Positions 50,465 to 52,776 of a DNA stretch of 52,776 bases are shown here, in pieces; within the stretch, counting starts at the first letter, position 1; each line of letters starts with the position of its first letter. The DNA lies in NCBI GenBank assembly GCA_001001705.1, contig LCOG01000008.1:1-52776 (forward strand), written 5' to 3'. The stretch comes from Parcubacteria group bacterium GW2011_GWA2_47_26. Its GTDB lineage: Bacteria > Patescibacteriota > Patescibacteriia > GWA2-47-26. A program made the translations under genes and the position numbers. A model generated the notes under the pieces. The model was not told the origin of the DNA and searched no databases. It saw only the letters and a program-made list of their open reading frames with translations.

Positions 50465-50899
50465 TTAATCTACTTCATAATCACGGTAATCAACTGTCAA
50501 CTCCTCGCCTGCTTTGACGCATCTCACGGTATAAAGGTCGTTTATTCCATTTTTATCTTCCTTCGGTCGCAAATTCGGTTTTTTAGAAGTATTGGCAAAA
50601 AACGATATATTCATTCCATTCAAACCATGCTCTGGTATCCAAACTTTTGATCCTTCATACGTAAAAAAGTCAGCAACCATCTTTTGAATGCCCGGATGAA
50701 GCTCTTCAATCTCATTTTTATCAAACTCTATCCAACGTGTGTCGGCATTGGGTAAAAATGGATTTACACCTTTCGGAATATCCTTGATCGCAAAAATGCC
50801 GATACCATCTATAGGAGAACACTGTAATCTGCAATACGTGTGGCGCAAATTTGCAAGTAATCTAGATTTAAGCCGCCTCACATTTTTTGTAGCACTCAT
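50465..50899 (-). CDS. SET-domain protein (small)
   Basis: SPIDGIGIFAIKDIPKG...FFANTSKKPN...VKAGEELTVDY. The start is set at ATG 50899. Confidence 0.6.
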   Translation of the reverse strand: MSATKNVRRLKSRLLANLRHTYCRLQCSPIDGIGIFAIKDIPKGVNPFLPNADTRWIEFDKNEIEELHPGIQKMVADFFTYEGSKVWIPEHGLNGMNISFFANTSKKPNLRPKEDKNGINDLYTVRCVKAGEELTVDYRDYEVD

Positions 50900-50900
50900 A

Positions 50901-51060
50901 AGACCTCTTGCAGAATAATTTTTCGTTGCGAAATTCAAAAATTTTGAGCGAAAATTATGAAGAATGAGGAAGCGATGTGGCTATATCGTTGACGAATTCT
51001 GAATAATTTGCAGCCAAAATTTTTGAATTGCAGTAGAAAGGATTATTCTGCAAGAGGTCT
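50901..51060. mobile_element. variant MITE with GACCTCTTGCAGAATAAT termini, filling a stop-to-start spacer
   Basis: AGACCTCTTGCAGAATAAT...ATTATTCTGCAAGAGGTCT. The interior shares TTTTGAGCGA, GCAGCCAAAATT and TTGCAGTAGAAA with the main family. Confidence 0.8.
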
Positions 51061-51802
51061 ATACTCGCCAACCCATCACTAAATCATTGGAAACACCATA
51101 AACCATAAACCTCAAGGGTTTTCTAAATAAAAGGCACTTCCCTGTCTTACGCATCATCCTGCGCATCCACCCGATTGAAGGCAAACTATTAGCGGAGCAT
51201 AGATATGGCGATTGCTTTCTTGCTCCAAAAAGCTCGTAGCAAGAATTATCAGCTATCTTTTTTGGATACTTTGGCAAAGGAGCAAGATCGCTGCCATAAC
51301 GCACGGATTTTTTAGGCGGATATTTTTTAGATATTTTTTCGTCAAAAGCGTTCCATTTTTCAAAAATCATGGCTGGAGTATGCACGGTGCCGCGACATAT
51401 TGGTGCGCCACAAAAACATTCATGATCAACACATAACATTTTATCATTTTTATCTATCCCATAAAAATAAGAAACTGTCAATTCTTCTCCTTTAAAAATG
51501 CGCCGGAGAGTAAAGTATAACGTATGACCTTGAAAAGTATACATAGCACAATTCGGGGCACAAGAATGATTAATAAAATGAATTCCTGCGATTCGTGAAT
51601 CAGGCAAGATGCTCACTCGGTCATTATAATACATTTCGTAATGACCGCCCTGCCTTTTTTCGTAATCCTGATCGGCACGCACTACTTTACCTAAATAATC
51701 CCCTATCACTGTTCCGGGTTCAATTTCCGCGCACGCAAAAACTCCGCGGCCTTTATTACGTATTTTTTTCACTTCCCAATAATATTGCGGCAATAAAAAC
51801 AT
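51059..51802 (-). CDS. SET-domain methyltransferase with a post-SET Cys cluster
   Basis: NKGRGVFACAEIEPGTVIGDY, HFINHSCAPNC, FKGEELTVSY and CFCGAPICRG. Confidence 0.8.
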   Translation of the reverse strand: MFLLPQYYWEVKKIRNKGRGVFACAEIEPGTVIGDYLGKVVRADQDYEKRQGGHYEMYYNDRVSILPDSRIAGIHFINHSCAPNCAMYTFQGHTLYFTLRRIFKGEELTVSYFYGIDKNDKMLCVDHECFCGAPICRGTVHTPAMIFEKWNAFDEKISKKYPPKKSVRYGSDLAPLPKYPKKIADNSCYELFGARKQSPYLCSANSLPSIGWMRRMMRKTGKCLLFRKPLRFMVYGVSNDLVMGWRV

Positions 51803-51845
51803 AAGGCCTTAAAAAGTCTATATTGAGTGCGTAGCTAACCGCACT

Positions 51846-52776
51846 TCAAGATATTGACGGCACAACTACCGGCAAAGCATGAATATCGCAGGATTGCCCG
51901 CCATGAATTCCTAAATCCTGATACGCCGAAGTTGCCGCCATAGCGCCTTGCGCCGCGGCAATAATGTCTTGACGGAATGATCCGGCTCCGTCAGTAATGT
52001 CACCCGCTGCAAAAACGCCATCAACATTCGTCCGCATAAATTTATCAACATGAATATAGCCCCGCTCATCAAGCTTCACTCCCAACTTTTTAGCCATCTC
52101 GTTATTAGGCACTGCGCCGATTTGTATAAACAATCCCCCCAATTTTAAATTATCCGATCCTTGATATGGCCGCGATAAACGCACACCTTCAAACTTTTGA
52201 TCGCCAATAATTTCCTTGACTTCAGTCTCGTATAAAATCTCGGCCCTTCCAGTCTTTAGTAAATTTTTTTCAAAACGCTCCCAATTAACCGGCTCGGCTT
52301 TAATTTTAGCGCCGCGCACAATTAAATACAACTTGAACACATACTGCCCTGCCAAAATAGCGCCCTTAACTGACGCGTCACCGCCCCCCACAATAGCAAT
52401 CTCTTTTCCTTTATAAAGCGGGGCATCACAAGTCGTACAATAAGAAATGCCCTTACCGGTCAATTCCTTCTCTTTGGGCAATCCTAAACGGCGTGAACGC
52501 GCGCCAATGGCAAAGCAAACTGTGCGCGAAAGCAAATGCGCGCCGTCAGAAGTAAGCAAATCAAAACAATGCCCGCCAGTTTTGTCATCCTGAGCGTAAG
52601 CGAGGGATCCCGCGCGTATGCGCGAACCCACATTCGTGGGAGATTCTTCACTTCGTTCAGAATGACGTGGCATATGCGGGATGATGGACAAATTTCTGTT
52701 GGTGGATAATTGAAATTTTCCTGTATTGATAAGCAATTTTAGCTGTTTCTGATACAGTTTCACGTGTATGAAAATT
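51846..52776 (-). CDS. trxB: thioredoxin reductase-like flavoprotein, 5' end beyond the window edge
   Basis: GISYCTTCDAPLY (redox CxxC), IAIVGGGDASVKGA (NADPH site) and GVFAAGDITDG. The frame is open to position 52776. It contains a repeat-encoded insert. Confidence 0.75.
   Translation of the reverse strand, partial: IFIHVKLYQKQLKLLINTGKFQLSTNRNLSIIPHMPRHSERSEESPTNVGSRIRAGSLAYAQDDKTGGHCFDLLTSDGAHLLSRTVCFAIGARSRRLGLPKEKELTGKGISYCTTCDAPLYKGKEIAIVGGGDASVKGAILAGQYVFKLYLIVRGAKIKAEPVNWERFEKNLLKTGRAEILYETEVKEIIGDQKFEGVRLSRPYQGSDNLKLGGLFIQIGAVPNNEMAKKLGVKLDERGYIHVDKFMRTNVDGVFAAGDITDGAGSFRQDIIAAAQGAMAATSAYQDLGIHGGQSCDIHALPVVVPSIS
52584..52666 (-). repeat. GTCATTCTGA-family element translated in frame within trxB
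   Basis: On the minus strand GTCATTCTGAACGAAGTGAAGAATCTCCCACGAATGTGGG...CGCTCAGGATGAC. It encodes HSERSEESPTNVGSRIRAGSLAYAQDD. Confidence 0.75.

Noticed and set aside
1-52776. A CRISPR array among the many short palindromic repeats
   Set aside because: The repeats are dispersed singly or in inverted pairs. There is no regular repeat-spacer periodicity and no cas genes.

Overview
The window reads as a chromosomal segment of a small-genome bacterium. I infer Candidate Phyla Radiation/Patescibacteria (Parcubacteria-like) from gene content and style, not from any marker gene. About 50 genes are present and almost all lie on the minus strand. Housekeeping genes include three tRNAs, mreB, proS, yidC, murF, an ftsI-like PBP, pilT, gpsA, an HU gene and a partial trxB. 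There are three accessory blocks. (1) A cell-surface locus at 16.0-33.2 kb holds a GT4 glycosyltransferase, two cohesin-like proteins, a dockerin-bearing protein, a polytopic membrane protein with TPR repeats, a degenerate AAA ATPase and a 2537-aa repetitive surface protein. That giant gene sits behind an 11-nt homopolymer tract and a promoter that looks leaderless. (2) An envelope thiol/copper-type island at 38.3-48.8 kb holds a BlaI/CopY-like repressor, an M56 peptidase, several CxxC and thioredoxin-like proteins, CcdA, DoxX, DUF1573, DUF3105 and a Met/Gly-rich protein. It is arranged as two tandem operons, each preceded by the same 17-bp palindrome. (3) A PurD-like ATP-grasp gene followed by two SET-domain genes at 49.0-51.8 kb. 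The most unusual property is the density of small palindromic elements. One is a 293-bp unit made of a GIY-YIG nuclease ORF bracketed by 17-nt inverted repeats that contain its own start and stop codons and the start codon of the next gene. Three shorter derivatives of it occur elsewhere in the window. A second family is a ~160-bp MITE-like element with 7 full or variant copies. One copy splits a sigma-factor gene with a 6-bp target duplication, and others supply stop codons or C-termini to genes. A third group is GC-rich palindromes that sit in frame inside ftsI, trxB, gpsA, the GT4 gene and the giant gene. Many intergenic spacers are hairpins that run exactly from one gene's stop codon to the next gene's start codon, and classical Shine-Dalgarno motifs are scarce. 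No CRISPR array, rRNA or prophage was recognised. All protein family calls come from motif recognition by eye. No database search was run.
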